Positions 17,570 through 27,843 of a DNA stretch of 64,000 bases are shown piece by piece. Source of the stretch: Candidatus Omnitrophota bacterium (GTDB taxonomy: Bacteria > Omnitrophota > Gorgyraeia > 2-01-FULL-45-10); the NCBI GenBank assembly GCA_020057115.1, contig JAGVGJ010000003.1:13379-77378 (forward strand), read 5' to 3'. Under the pieces are notes generated by a model. The model had not been told where the DNA came from. It was given only the letters and a program-made list of their open reading frames with translations, and searched no databases. Numbering within the stretch: position 1 is the stretch's first letter; every line of letters begins with the position of its first letter. The translations under genes and the position numbers were made by a program.

Positions 17570-19345
17570 TTACTTCGCCTGCGCTGTCTTGATCCTCAGG
17601 CTCAGCTCATTCAACTGTTTCTCATCCACCGGAGACGGGGCGCTCGTCATAGGGCAGAATGCCTTCTGGGTCTTGGGGAATGCGATAACATCCCTTATCG
17701 ATTCGCAGCCCAAAAAGAGGGTCATGAGCCTGTCCAGCCCGAATGCGACGCCTCCGTGCGGCGGCGCGCCGTACCTGAACGCATCCAGGAGGAACCCGAA
17801 CCGCATCTTTGCATCCTCGTCGCTGATACCTATGGTCTTGAATATGAGTTCCTGCAGCTCCCTCTGGTGTATCCTTATCGACCCAGAGCCTATCTCCGTC
17901 CCATTGATGACAAGGTCATAAGATCTGGACCGCACCTTATCGAGTGTCTCGCCCTTCTCCAGCAAGCCTGTATCCTCGGGATGGACGGACGTGAAAGGAT
18001 GGTGCTCGGACACCCACCTCTTCTCCTGGGCATCATACTGGAAGAGCGGGAAATCCGTCACCCACAGGAAATTGAACTTCTTCTCGTCTATAAGGTCCAG
18101 GCGCTTGCCGAAGAGTTTCCTCAACTGGGACATGGAGTCATAAGCTGTCTTCGGCTTGTCGGCTACGATGAATATCATATCTCCGTCCTGACCGGCAAGC
18201 TTATCTTTTATGGCATTAAGTTCTTCGGGCTTAAAGAATTTGTCTATCTGGGATGCAAGCGAGCCCTTCTCCACCTTGAAATTCGCAAGGCCTTTCGCGC
18301 CGTATGTTTTGACGAACTCTATCAACTCGTCGACCTGGCCGCGGGAATACGAAGCGCAGCCTTTCGCATTTATGGCTATAGCCTTGCCGCCTTTACTTGT
18401 AATGTCGGCAAACACCTTGAATCCGCAAGACTTCACTATATCCGTTATTTCGACGAGTTCTAAGCCGAAGCGCGTGTCAGGCTTATCACAGCCGAACCTT
18501 GCCATCGCCTCCGCGTATTTAATGCGCGGGAACGGCGTCTTTAGATCTACGCCTATCGCGCCCTTGAAGAGCTTCTTCATGAGACCTTCCGAGACCTCGT
18601 ATATATCCTCTTCCGTCACGAATGACATCTCAAGATCGAACTGCGTGAATTCCGGCTGCCTGTCAGCCCTCAAGTCCTCGTCGCGGAAACACTTCGCTAT
18701 CTGGAAATACCTGTCGAGGGACGAGACCATCAGTATCTGCTTGAATAACTGCGGAGACTGCGGCAGCGCGTAAAACATCCCGGGGTTCACCCTCGAAGGC
18801 ACGAGGTAATCCCTGGCGCCTTCAGGCGTAGATTTTGTGAGTATAGGCGTCTCGACCTCGACAAAATCCCTCTCGTCGAAGTAGTCGCGCGCGAGTTTGC
18901 ACACCTTATGACGCAGCCTCAGGTTGTTCTGCATGCTCGAACGCCTCAGGTCAAGGTATCGGTATTTGAGACGCGCCTCTTCGGTGACCGAAATATTATC
19001 CGCTATCTCAAAAGGCGGCGTCGCGGCCTTGTTCAATATCTCGACTCTCTCGACCCGCACCTCTATCTTTCCGGTAGCGAGCTTTTCATTTATCGTCCCC
19101 TCCGGCCTTCGGCCTACCAGGCCTTCGACCAGGACCACAAATTCGCCTCTTAAGCCCTCACCCGTCTTGTGCGTGGCAGGATCGGTCTTGGGGTCGAATA
19201 CTATCTGCGTCAAGCCGTATCCGTCGCGCAGGTCGATGAATATCAGGCTTCCATGGTCACGCCTCGACGATACCCATCCGCAGAGCTTTACGGACTTTCC
19301 TATGTCTTTATCGTTCAGTTGGCCGCATGTGTGTGTTCGTAGCAT
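17570..19345 (-). CDS. aspS: aspartate--tRNA ligase
   Basis: OB anticodon domain plus class II motifs, 591 aa with GAD insertion. Confidence 0.95.
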   Translation of the reverse strand: MLRTHTCGQLNDKDIGKSVKLCGWVSSRRDHGSLIFIDLRDGYGLTQIVFDPKTDPATHKTGEGLRGEFVVLVEGLVGRRPEGTINEKLATGKIEVRVERVEILNKAATPPFEIADNISVTEEARLKYRYLDLRRSSMQNNLRLRHKVCKLARDYFDERDFVEVETPILTKSTPEGARDYLVPSRVNPGMFYALPQSPQLFKQILMVSSLDRYFQIAKCFRDEDLRADRQPEFTQFDLEMSFVTEEDIYEVSEGLMKKLFKGAIGVDLKTPFPRIKYAEAMARFGCDKPDTRFGLELVEITDIVKSCGFKVFADITSKGGKAIAINAKGCASYSRGQVDELIEFVKTYGAKGLANFKVEKGSLASQIDKFFKPEELNAIKDKLAGQDGDMIFIVADKPKTAYDSMSQLRKLFGKRLDLIDEKKFNFLWVTDFPLFQYDAQEKRWVSEHHPFTSVHPEDTGLLEKGETLDKVRSRSYDLVINGTEIGSGSIRIHQRELQELIFKTIGISDEDAKMRFGFLLDAFRYGAPPHGGVAFGLDRLMTLFLGCESIRDVIAFPKTQKAFCPMTSAPSPVDEKQLNELSLRIKTAQAK

Positions 19346-19350
19346 AAAAC

Positions 19351-20613
19351 TTATTTCGCCCTCTCTTTTATCGTGTTTACAAGTTCTTCGAATTTAACGC
19401 TTGCCTGTTCCTTGGTAGCCATGTTCCTTAAGACCGCCTCGCCGCGAGCGAGCTCATCCTCGCCGATTATCAGGACAAATCTCGCCCCCAGCCTGTCGGC
19501 CGTCCTCATCTGGGCCTTCAGGGACTTTTTCTCGTAATCCATATCACCCGATACGCCGCTTGACCGCAGAGCATCCAATATGGTGAAGGCCTTCGAGCAG
19601 GCATTCTCGCCAAGGGTCGATATAAAGACATCGAGGCGGGGCTTTTGGGCCTTCTCTCCGGAGGTCTTCTCGAGAGCCAGCATGATCCGGTCCAGCCCAA
19701 GCGCGAATCCGCATGCCCCGACGGCCGGCCCGCCCATGGAAGAAGTGAGGTTGTCGTATCGCCCGCCAGCGCCGATCGCATCCTGGGACCCCAGAGAGCC
19801 ATGAGTCACTTCGAATACGGTCTTCGTGTAATAATCAAGCCCCCTCACGATGTAAGGATCTATCGTATATTTTATATTCAGGGAATCGAGGTATTTAAGC
19901 ACCTCTTTAAAGTGCGCGTCACAATCCTCACACAGGAATTTTGCAGCTTTAAAGGAACCTCTGATGATCGTCTTGCAATTCTCGTTTTTACAGTCGAGGA
20001 CCCGGAGCGGATTCAATTTCACGCGTTTTTTACAGTCATCGCAAAGCGCCTTCTCCTTGTCGCTAAGAGCCTCTTTTAATGCTCCGGAAAGCTTCTTCTT
20101 ATCGTCCGCGCATCCCAGATTATTCAGTTTAAGCGAATAGTCTTTTATGCCGACGCTATCCAATATTGCCGCGAGCAACCTTATCACCTCGGCGTCAAGC
20201 GCCGGGTGCGTGGAACCTATCGCCTCCACGCCTATCTGGTGGAACTGCCTCATGCGGCCGGCCTGCGGCCTCTCCGCCCTGAACATGGGGCCCATATAAT
20301 AGAGCTTCTGGAATTGGGATATCTTATCGAGGTTATTCTCGATATAGGCCCTGACTACCGGCGCCGTTCCTTCGGGTCTGAGCGAGATATTGCGCTCGCC
20401 CCTATCGACGAATGAGAACATCTCTTTGGAGACTATGTCGGTATTCTCGCCTACGGATTTTATAAAAAGCGCCGTCTCTTCTATCACGGGCGTCCTTATC
20501 TCTTCATAGCCGAAGCTTGAGAATACGCCGCGCGCCTTATTCTCTATATCCTGCCAGACATAAGACTCTCCCGGCAGTATGTCCTTCGTCCCCTTTATCG
20601 CTTTATAGTCCAT
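19351..20613 (-). CDS. hisS: histidine--tRNA ligase
   Basis: Class II HisRS motifs (GGRYD), 420 aa. Confidence 0.95.
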   Translation of the reverse strand: MDYKAIKGTKDILPGESYVWQDIENKARGVFSSFGYEEIRTPVIEETALFIKSVGENTDIVSKEMFSFVDRGERNISLRPEGTAPVVRAYIENNLDKISQFQKLYYMGPMFRAERPQAGRMRQFHQIGVEAIGSTHPALDAEVIRLLAAILDSVGIKDYSLKLNNLGCADDKKKLSGALKEALSDKEKALCDDCKKRVKLNPLRVLDCKNENCKTIIRGSFKAAKFLCEDCDAHFKEVLKYLDSLNIKYTIDPYIVRGLDYYTKTVFEVTHGSLGSQDAIGAGGRYDNLTSSMGGPAVGACGFALGLDRIMLALEKTSGEKAQKPRLDVFISTLGENACSKAFTILDALRSSGVSGDMDYEKKSLKAQMRTADRLGARFVLIIGEDELARGEAVLRNMATKEQASVKFEELVNTIKERAK

Positions 20614-20885
20614 TATCTTACCTTCTTCTTCATGATCATTCCGGACTTGAATGAAACGACCTTCTTCTCCGGTATCGGCACAGCGTCTCCGGTCTTGGGA
20701 TTCCGGCCTACCCTCGGCTTCCTGGATTTTACTTTGAAGACCCCGAAATTTCTGAGCTCGACTGTCTGGCCCCTTGAAAGAGACTCTGTTATGGCATCAA
20801 GCGTCCGCTGCACAACCTCTTTGACGTCGATCTGTTTTAAATCCGCTTCTTCGGCGATCTTGAGAACAATGTCTTTTTTGGTCAT
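20613..20885 (-). CDS. HU/IHF-family DNA-binding protein
   Basis: GRNPKTGD arm motif, 90 aa. Confidence 0.8.
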   Translation of the reverse strand: MTKKDIVLKIAEEADLKQIDVKEVVQRTLDAITESLSRGQTVELRNFGVFKVKSRKPRVGRNPKTGDAVPIPEKKVVSFKSGMIMKKKVR

Positions 20886-20891
20886 AAGTAA

Positions 20892-20985
20892 AGCTCCTGG
20901 CTGAGGGTCCAGGGGCCAGGGTCCGGGGTCCAGTAAAAAAATTTAGTTTTATTCTGGACCCTTGACCCTGGGCCCTTGCCCCTCA
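20892..20985. repeat. heptamer inverted repeat element (family copy)
   Basis: gggtccaggggccagggtccggggtccag-[AT loop]-ctggacccttgaccctgggcccttgcccc. Confidence 0.7.
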
Positions 20986-20989
20986 CGCA

Positions 20990-21409
20990 TTATTTATTCC
21001 TAAACATCCTCTTAAAAAACACCCCGACCGGGTTGAACTGCTCGAGCCTCCGCTTATTGCCTTTCAGCCTCTCAAGTATGCTGTTCAGGAAGACATACGA
21101 GTCCTTCCAGTCGTCATCCACTTTAGAAAGATTCTTCTCGGCCATGAAACGCACGCCGTTAAGCGCGAGGATGTCGCTGACCGGATCGGTTGGCCTCGTG
21201 CGGGGAACATAGTGGAGATCCATGCCCTTCTTCATCTCGTCATACTTCATCCTGATCAGTTCTTTCGTCTCAAGGAACTTGGCCTCATCGTCCTGGGTGA
21301 TAAGCTCTTTGGATATTATATTGGCGTATATGGAATGGAACTTGCCCCAGAACTCGAGGAAGCTCTTCACTGTTTTTATGTCTTGCTCGCTCTTCTTGCC
21401 TATTATCAT
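20990..21409 (-). CDS. hypothetical protein (139 aa)
   Basis: ORF track; no recognised motif. Confidence 0.35.
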   Translation of the reverse strand: MIIGKKSEQDIKTVKSFLEFWGKFHSIYANIISKELITQDDEAKFLETKELIRMKYDEMKKGMDLHYVPRTRPTDPVSDILALNGVRFMAEKNLSKVDDDWKDSYVFLNSILERLKGNKRRLEQFNPVGVFFKRMFRNK

Positions 21410-21464
21410 AACATTTTACTTTACAAGGAGTTATGTTAACACCGTCAGGCGGCCAAAGTCAATA

Positions 21465-24400
21465 TTAAACCGTGAAATTGACCACATTATTCCCGAATAT
21501 CTTCTCTATGTCCCTGACAAGGCCTTCATGCGGTTCTACCGTAAGTGTCCTGTCGATGGAAACGGTGGAACGCTTGCCATCGGGCTTGATGAAATTAAGA
21601 TATACCGGGACGCGGCCCGGATACCTTGTAAGCACCCTCTTCAGATTATCAAGGGTGGTCTTCTCCAGCCCTGCCATGACAAGGTCTATCAATATCGCCT
21701 TCGTGTATTTCTGCTTAACGGATTCGAGGGCGGCTATCTCGTCGGCGATTATCTTGGGGGTCTCTTCCCTTAAAGTGACATGCCCTTTGACGAATATCAT
21801 GGCGTCCGGCTTCACTATCTCGGCGGCCTTGACATAAGTCTTCGGGAATACGAGGACCTCCACGACTCCGTCCAGGTCCTCTAAAGAGACTATGGCCATC
21901 TTCTCATTGGTCTTTCTCGTAACAGTGAACTTGGCCTTGGATATTATACCGCCCATCAGGACCTCGTCTCCGTCTTTCAATGAAACAAGCTTCGTGATCG
22001 GGCATGTCGAGAACGTCCTGAGCATCTTCTCGAACCTGGCAAGAGGGTGCTTTGTGATATAGAAGCCGAGCATCTCTTTCTCGTTCGTAAGAAGCTGGTT
22101 CTCGGGCCATTCGGGTATGTTCGGTATCTCCTGGACCGTCTTCTTGAAATTCTCCTGATCCTCGAATCTGTCGAAGAATGACAGCTGCCCCGCCAACCGG
22201 TCCTTCTGGGCCCCGCCTGCCACGTCAAGCGCCTTATCTATCATGGTCGACAGCTGTGAGCGGTAGAGTCCGAACGAGTCCATCGCCCCGCATTTTATAA
22301 GGCTCTCTATGACCTTCCTGTTCACGAGGCGCGAATCTATCTTCTTAGTGAAGTCATATATCGATTTATACTTCCCGTCCTTCTTCCTTACGTTAATGAT
22401 AGAATCTATCGCCCCCTCGCCCACGTTCTTTACGGCGGCAAGGCCGAACCGTATTGAATCACCCACTACGGTAAAATCTGAATAGCTTTCGTTGATATCC
22501 GGCGGAAGGATCTTGATGCCCATCTTTATCGATTCATTTATGTAAAGCGATATCTTGTCCAGATCATCCTTTTCAGACGTAAGAAGGGCCGTCATGAACT
22601 CTACCGGATAATTCGCTTTAAGGTATGCCGTCCTGTAACTTATGAGGGCGTAGGCCGCGCTGTGCGATTTGTTGAAGCCGTATCCGGCAAAGTGCTCTAT
22701 CTGGTTGAATATCTTCTCGGCGACTTTTCTGTCTATATCGTTCTTGCCGCACCCCTCGACGAAGCGCTGCCTCATCTCGGCGATATACTCTGGGATCTTC
22801 TTCGCCATGGCCCGGCGAAGCGAATCGGCTTCCGCCATCGAGAAACAGGCGAGGACCGATGCTATCCTCATCGCCTGCTCCTGATATAGTATGATGCCGT
22901 ATGTCTCTTTTAATATCGGCTCCAACAGCTTGTGGTCATACTTGAGGCTTATCTCGCCATGTTTGCGCTTCATGAAGTCGTCTAGCATGCCTGAGCCTAT
23001 CGGACCGGGCCTGAACAAGGCCAGAAGCGCTATTATATCCTCAAACCTCTCCGGCTTAAGCTTCTTCAAAAGATCCCTCATGCCCGAACTTTCAAGCTGG
23101 AACACCCCTGCCGATTCGGCATTGGCCAGAAGCTTATAGGTCTTCTTGTCGTCCAGAGGGAGCTTCTTTATGTCGAGGTCCACATCCTTGGTGCGCTTTA
23201 TGATCTTCACCGTCTCATCTATGACGGTAAGCGTTATGAGGCCGAGGAAGTCCATCTTGAGGACCCCGACCTTTTCGAGCGCCTTCATGTCATAGCCGGT
23301 AGATATCTGCCCGTCCTGGATCTTGAAGAGGGGCGAATAGTTCACAAGCGGCTTCTCGGAGATGACTACGCCGGCGGCATGAGTGGACGCGTGGCGCGTC
23401 AAACCCTCGAGTACGAGCGAAGTCTCTATAAGCTGCGCGACCTTCGGATCGCTCTTATAAAGGCTGCGCAATTCCGGCTCCCTGTCGAGCGCGGCCCTAA
23501 GCGTCATGTCAAGCTCTTCCGGAACAAGCTTTGCTATCTTGTCTACGTCGGCATAAGCCATGCCCAGGGCGCGGCCGACGTCTCGTATCACGGCCTTGGC
23601 CTTCATCTTTCCGAAAGTGATTATCTGCGCGACATTGTCTTTTGAATATTTTTTGACGACATAATCTATGACCTCAGCCCTGCGCTCGTAGCAGAAATCT
23701 ATGTCTATATCCGGAAGGCTTATCCTGTCGGGATTTAAGAACCTTTCAAAGAGGAGGTCATACTTGAGAGGGTCTATATCGGTAATGTCCAGGGCGTAAC
23801 TGACGACGCTTCCTGCTGCGCTGCCTCTTCCCGGCCCTACGGGTATATTGCTCTCCTTGGCATGGCGCACGAAGTCGCGGACGATAAGGAAATAGCTGAC
23901 ATACCCGGCATTCTCGATGACCTTTAGCTCATGGCCTACGCGCTCGGTTATCACCTTATCGATCTTATCGCCGTACTTCTTCTCCAGGCCTTCGTTAACA
24001 AGCTCGCGCAGGTAGCCTTCCCTGGTCTTCCCTTCAGGCGGCTTATAATTAGGAAGGTGGTGCTTCTTGAAGTCCAGCTCAAGATTACACATCTCGGTTA
24101 TCTTCATCGTGTTCTTGAGCGCCTCCGGCACCGTAGAGCCGAATGAACGCGCCATATCTTGCTTTGACTTGAAATAAAATTCGTCCGTCTGGAGCCTCAT
24201 CCTGTTCGGGTCATCCATGGTGGTCTGCGTCTGTATGGCGAGAAGCGTCTCGTGGGCCCTTGCGTGGCTCTTCTCTATGTAATGGACGTCGTTCGTGGCG
24301 ACAAGGCCGACGCCCATATCTTTCGACAGTTTTATAAGCTCTTTATTGACATGGTCCTGTTCGGGTATAAGGTTATCCTGTATCTCAAGGTAGAAATTAT

Positions 24401-24914
24401 CTTTGCCAAATATGTCCAGATACTCCCCCGCGACTTTTTTTGCCTTCTCCATCTGCCCTGACATGATAAGGTGCGGTATCTCTCCCTTAAGGCAAGCGGA
24501 TGAACAGATGAGCCCGTCTTTATATTTGGACAGGACCTCTCTGTCTATCCTTGGGCGGTAGTAGAAGCCTTCGAGGAAACCTGCGGAGACTATCTTCATC
24601 AGGTTCTTGTAGCCTGTCTCATCCTTGGCTAAAAGTACTATATGGAAAGAAGCATCATGTATGCCGTGGCTCGACTTCTCGAAACGCGAGCCGGGAGCTA
24701 TATAAGCCTCGCACCCTATGATAGGCTTTATGCCATGCTTCATCGCCAGGCTGTAGAATTCGATGGCGCCGAACATGTTGCCATGGTCGGTTATGGCGCA
24801 GGCGGGCATCTTGTGTTCTTTGGCTTTTTTGAGAAGCGGCTCCAGTATGCAGGCGCCGTCTAGGAGGCTGTACTGAGTGTGGACATGTAAGTGGACGAAG
24901 TCAGAGTGTGTCAT
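21465..24914 (-). CDS. dnaE: DNA polymerase III alpha subunit
   Basis: N-terminal PHP (HLHVHTQYSLLDG), palm/fingers, OB fold; 1149 aa. Confidence 0.95.
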   Translation of the reverse strand: MTHSDFVHLHVHTQYSLLDGACILEPLLKKAKEHKMPACAITDHGNMFGAIEFYSLAMKHGIKPIIGCEAYIAPGSRFEKSSHGIHDASFHIVLLAKDETGYKNLMKIVSAGFLEGFYYRPRIDREVLSKYKDGLICSSACLKGEIPHLIMSGQMEKAKKVAGEYLDIFGKDNFYLEIQDNLIPEQDHVNKELIKLSKDMGVGLVATNDVHYIEKSHARAHETLLAIQTQTTMDDPNRMRLQTDEFYFKSKQDMARSFGSTVPEALKNTMKITEMCNLELDFKKHHLPNYKPPEGKTREGYLRELVNEGLEKKYGDKIDKVITERVGHELKVIENAGYVSYFLIVRDFVRHAKESNIPVGPGRGSAAGSVVSYALDITDIDPLKYDLLFERFLNPDRISLPDIDIDFCYERRAEVIDYVVKKYSKDNVAQIITFGKMKAKAVIRDVGRALGMAYADVDKIAKLVPEELDMTLRAALDREPELRSLYKSDPKVAQLIETSLVLEGLTRHASTHAAGVVISEKPLVNYSPLFKIQDGQISTGYDMKALEKVGVLKMDFLGLITLTVIDETVKIIKRTKDVDLDIKKLPLDDKKTYKLLANAESAGVFQLESSGMRDLLKKLKPERFEDIIALLALFRPGPIGSGMLDDFMKRKHGEISLKYDHKLLEPILKETYGIILYQEQAMRIASVLACFSMAEADSLRRAMAKKIPEYIAEMRQRFVEGCGKNDIDRKVAEKIFNQIEHFAGYGFNKSHSAAYALISYRTAYLKANYPVEFMTALLTSEKDDLDKISLYINESIKMGIKILPPDINESYSDFTVVGDSIRFGLAAVKNVGEGAIDSIINVRKKDGKYKSIYDFTKKIDSRLVNRKVIESLIKCGAMDSFGLYRSQLSTMIDKALDVAGGAQKDRLAGQLSFFDRFEDQENFKKTVQEIPNIPEWPENQLLTNEKEMLGFYITKHPLARFEKMLRTFSTCPITKLVSLKDGDEVLMGGIISKAKFTVTRKTNEKMAIVSLEDLDGVVEVLVFPKTYVKAAEIVKPDAMIFVKGHVTLREETPKIIADEIAALESVKQKYTKAILIDLVMAGLEKTTLDNLKRVLTRYPGRVPVYLNFIKPDGKRSTVSIDRTLTVEPHEGLVRDIEKIFGNNVVNFTV

Positions 24915-24940
24915 TAAAAGCTGCTCGGAAATTATACGTT

Positions 24941-25012
24941 AGGGGCCAGGGACAAGGGTCCAGGGTCCAGTAGAAGAAAATTTTATTTTTCTGGACCCTT
25001 GACCCTATCTTC
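24941..25012. repeat. heptamer inverted repeat element (family copy)
   Basis: aggggccagggacaagggtccagggtccag-[AT loop]-ctggacccttgaccc. Confidence 0.7.
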
Positions 25013-25015
25013 AAA

Positions 25016-26179
25016 CTACTTCCCCATCCCTACGCGCTGGGCAACCTGGAATACCTTGCCTTCTGTCTGGATGGACGGGGCGATTATTATCTCGGTCTTG
25101 CCCATCTCCTTAAGGTTCTTGGCACCGACATTGCCCATAGATGTCTGGAGCGCGCCCATGAGATTCTGCGAGCCGTCGTCTACCTTGGCAGGCCCGAACA
25201 ATATCTCGCTTAAACTTCCGGTCACTCCGACCCTTACGCGGGTGCCTCTCGGGAGATTCGCGTGAGGCGTTGCCATGCCCCAGTGATATCCTCTGCCCGG
25301 GGCTTCCTTGGATCTTGCAAATGCCGAACCGACCATGACCGCATCGGCGCCACAAGCGAATGCCTTGCAGATATCTCCGCCCGTCGTCATACCGCCGTCG
25401 GTGATGATGGGGATATATCTCTTTGTCTTCTTGTAATATGTGTCTCTTGCCGCAGCACAGTCGACCGTAGTAGTCACCTGCGGAACGCCGATCCCGAGAA
25501 CACCGCGCGTGGTACATGCCGCACCGGGTCCTACGCCCACCAGGAGGCCGCTTGCGCCTGTGGCCATGAGCTCAAGAGCGACATCATACGTAACGCAGTT
25601 GCCGATTATGACCGGCATCTTTGTAGACTTGCAGAACTTCTTGAAGTCGAGGACCTTGTATGCTTTTGATATATGTTTTACGGTAGTGACCGTAGATTGC
25701 ACGATAAACACGTCTGCACCGGCTTCTTCGGCTATCTGGGCATAGCGCTCGGCCTTCTGCGGTATGGCGCTCACCATGGCAGGCACACCAGCTTTCTTTA
25801 TCTCTTCGATCCTCTTAGCAACAAGCTTCTCTTTTACAGGCTCCAGATATATCCCCTGGACGAGCTGAGTAGCTTCTTCGGAAGTGGCCATGGATATCTT
25901 CTCAAGGACTTCGCTCGGGTTCTCGTATCTGGTCTGGACGCCTTCAAGATTGAGGACAGCCATGCCGCCCATCTTACCCATAGCGATAGCAAACTTCACG
26001 TCCACTACTCCGTCCATAGCTGCAGCGATGATCGGAACACGGTATTTTTTGCCGCCTATCGCCCATGAAGTATCCACTTCCGCAGGATTGATCGTCACGC
26101 ACCCCGGGACAAGAGCTATCTCATCAAAACCATAGCAACGCCTTACTTTCCTATTAACGCCAATATAAAATTGCGCCAT
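25016..26179 (-). CDS. IMP dehydrogenase/GMP reductase-family TIM-barrel protein (no CBS pair)
   Basis: Start trimmed to MAQFYIGV with GAGGAAAAT RBS; IMPDH-family motifs. Confidence 0.65.
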   Translation of the reverse strand: MAQFYIGVNRKVRRCYGFDEIALVPGCVTINPAEVDTSWAIGGKKYRVPIIAAAMDGVVDVKFAIAMGKMGGMAVLNLEGVQTRYENPSEVLEKISMATSEEATQLVQGIYLEPVKEKLVAKRIEEIKKAGVPAMVSAIPQKAERYAQIAEEAGADVFIVQSTVTTVKHISKAYKVLDFKKFCKSTKMPVIIGNCVTYDVALELMATGASGLLVGVGPGAACTTRGVLGIGVPQVTTTVDCAAARDTYYKKTKRYIPIITDGGMTTGGDICKAFACGADAVMVGSAFARSKEAPGRGYHWGMATPHANLPRGTRVRVGVTGSLSEILFGPAKVDDGSQNLMGALQTSMGNVGAKNLKEMGKTEIIIAPSIQTEGKVFQVAQRVGMGK

Positions 26180-26238
26180 ATTTTCCTCGCGGATTATTAA
26201 TAAATTATGTTTGGTTAGAATTAATAATATTAGCATAT

Positions 26239-26265
26239 ATTATATAATCAAGGTGGGTTTGTCAA
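26239..26265 (-). promoter_or_regulatory. sigma-70 promoter TTGACA-15/16-TATAAT for IMPDH-like gene
   Basis: Minus strand TTGACAaacccaccttgattaTATAAT. Confidence 0.4.
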
Positions 26266-26272
26266 TCATAAA

Positions 26273-26302
26273 TATATCCCGCTTTTTAAAGCGGGATATA
26301 TG
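26273..26302. terminator. perfect palindromic hairpin (terminator of upstream PEP-CTERM gene)
   Basis: atatcccgctttttaaagcgggatat. Confidence 0.45.
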
Positions 26303-26326
26303 GCTTCATTACACCAAAATAATCGC

Positions 26327-27454
26327 TTATGCTTTCCTGATTTTCCTTACCGCAAGCCCGATCGCTGCACCGAGGAATGATATGATAGTTGAAGGTTCCG
26401 GCACTCCTGGTGATGGCGGCGGTTCACTAAAGTGATCGCCGGCGGTGCCTTGATATAAGCCATCCTCAATTACCCGATTATTGCCATAGCCCGCAATCCG
26501 GTCTGGAAGGGGCGGAGCATCAAAATAAAGAATAGGTTCCCAGTTCCCTCCAGAAAACGTACCATTTACTGTAACAAAAAGAGTTGTCATATTATAATAA
26601 GTGTCTTCATCCATAGATCCAAAAACTGTTGTATACCATTCGGAAGCCATAGGACCTGTCGATACACCTGTCAGGCCTGTTACCCCGTTCATAGTGAAAG
26701 ATACGTGAAGGCCGAGTCCGTCTTCAGTATAAAGAGAGGTATCATAATCATACGGCGTCAGCATTGAAAAAACACCAGTGTTCATATCCGCGTCATACTC
26801 ATATTTATAAAGAAAGCCGCCGAGCACGGGGCCGTCAGTCAGCCATCCATCAGATAAAACACCGTATGTATCGTCCCATCGGCTACCGCCTTGATACTGG
26901 GTACTCTCTACAGACCCGCTACCGCTGAGCTGTGTTAAAGTCCCCTCATTATAATCCCATTGCACCGGCCCGGAAGGATCAGTATCATAGTCAGGCCCGT
27001 GGAGCACAAAAGTCGAGAAATTCAATTTCCAGCCGGAGCTTACCGCATCTGCAAAATTCACATCCACTGCCAAAGGATTCATAAGATCTCTCTCCGCGGT
27101 TCCGGTAAATGAAACCGGGCTCGGGGCATTAATGGTCAAGGTTGCGGATCCCGGTACATTTATCTCCGATTGCCAGAAACTAAGGTCCCAGCCATAGCCA
27201 TTTAAACCCAGATCCGGGCCTTGCTGTTGTGTGAGAAGGAGCGGATTAGGATCATCCTGGGGCACTTCTACGCTGCCATAATAGTCATACCAGCCGGTCC
27301 CGTAAGTTAAAGAGCCGTGATCGCTATCCCAACAGGATACAAGTGTAAACTGAGTATCCGTACCACCGCCACCGCCACCACCGCCTGCGATCGCAGGAAC
27401 CGTGAAAGCCAGCATAAAGCCTATAGCCATCATCGTTATCAGTATGTTTTTCAT
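26327..27454 (-). CDS. PEP-CTERM sorting-domain secreted protein
   Basis: Start trimmed to MKNILITMMAIG (GAAGG RBS); poly-Gly linker; C-terminal VPEPSTIISFLGAAIGLAVRKIRKA = PEP-CTERM motif, TM helix and basic tail. Confidence 0.75.
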   Translation of the reverse strand: MKNILITMMAIGFMLAFTVPAIAGGGGGGGGTDTQFTLVSCWDSDHGSLTYGTGWYDYYGSVEVPQDDPNPLLLTQQQGPDLGLNGYGWDLSFWQSEINVPGSATLTINAPSPVSFTGTAERDLMNPLAVDVNFADAVSSGWKLNFSTFVLHGPDYDTDPSGPVQWDYNEGTLTQLSGSGSVESTQYQGGSRWDDTYGVLSDGWLTDGPVLGGFLYKYEYDADMNTGVFSMLTPYDYDTSLYTEDGLGLHVSFTMNGVTGLTGVSTGPMASEWYTTVFGSMDEDTYYNMTTLFVTVNGTFSGGNWEPILYFDAPPLPDRIAGYGNNRVIEDGLYQGTAGDHFSEPPPSPGVPEPSTIISFLGAAIGLAVRKIRKA

Positions 27455-27483
27455 TTTATCGCCTTCAACCTTCTGCAAGCCAA

Positions 27484-27516
27484 TAAAAAATCCCAACCTT
27501 CAAAAAGATTGGGATG
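27484..27516 (-). terminator. intrinsic-terminator-like hairpin in 5' leader (expression platform candidate)
   Basis: Minus strand AUCCCAAUCUUUUUGAAGGUUGGGAUUUUUUAUU located between conserved leader motif and RBS. Confidence 0.5.
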
Positions 27517-27527
27517 CAAAGCAATGA

Positions 27528-27613
27528 CTCGCGTTTTACGTTACGCTTATAAACGGCAACTGGCTGCCATCGTCCTCTCGGACTTTAGGCCCTATAGCTT
27601 TGCGTCCACACCC
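27528..27613 (-). ncRNA. conserved PEP-CTERM leader motif, copy 1 (candidate cis-regulatory RNA)
   Basis: Shares ...CAGGGCCUAA-[hairpin]-AUGGCAGCCAGUUGCCGU-...ACGU.AAA.CGAG with copy 2; hairpin GUCC-GAGA-GGAC here versus UCUCC-GUA-GGAGA in copy 2 (compensatory). Confidence 0.5.
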
Positions 27614-27843
27614 TTTCGAGTGGTTTGCGATTTATACACCGTCAAAAAGAACATACTTCTTCGTTCTAATTATAGAATACACTATATTGTATGTTAAGTC
27701 AATAGAAGCTTTGCTGCCTATTTTCTCGCCACCCTCAGATGATCTATTTTAACACCTTATAGTCAAGCAAAAACAGAGCATGCATATCACGCCCAATATT
27801 ATCATTTCTGTTATGAATATTTCCTTTCCGTTTCTCGTAATTA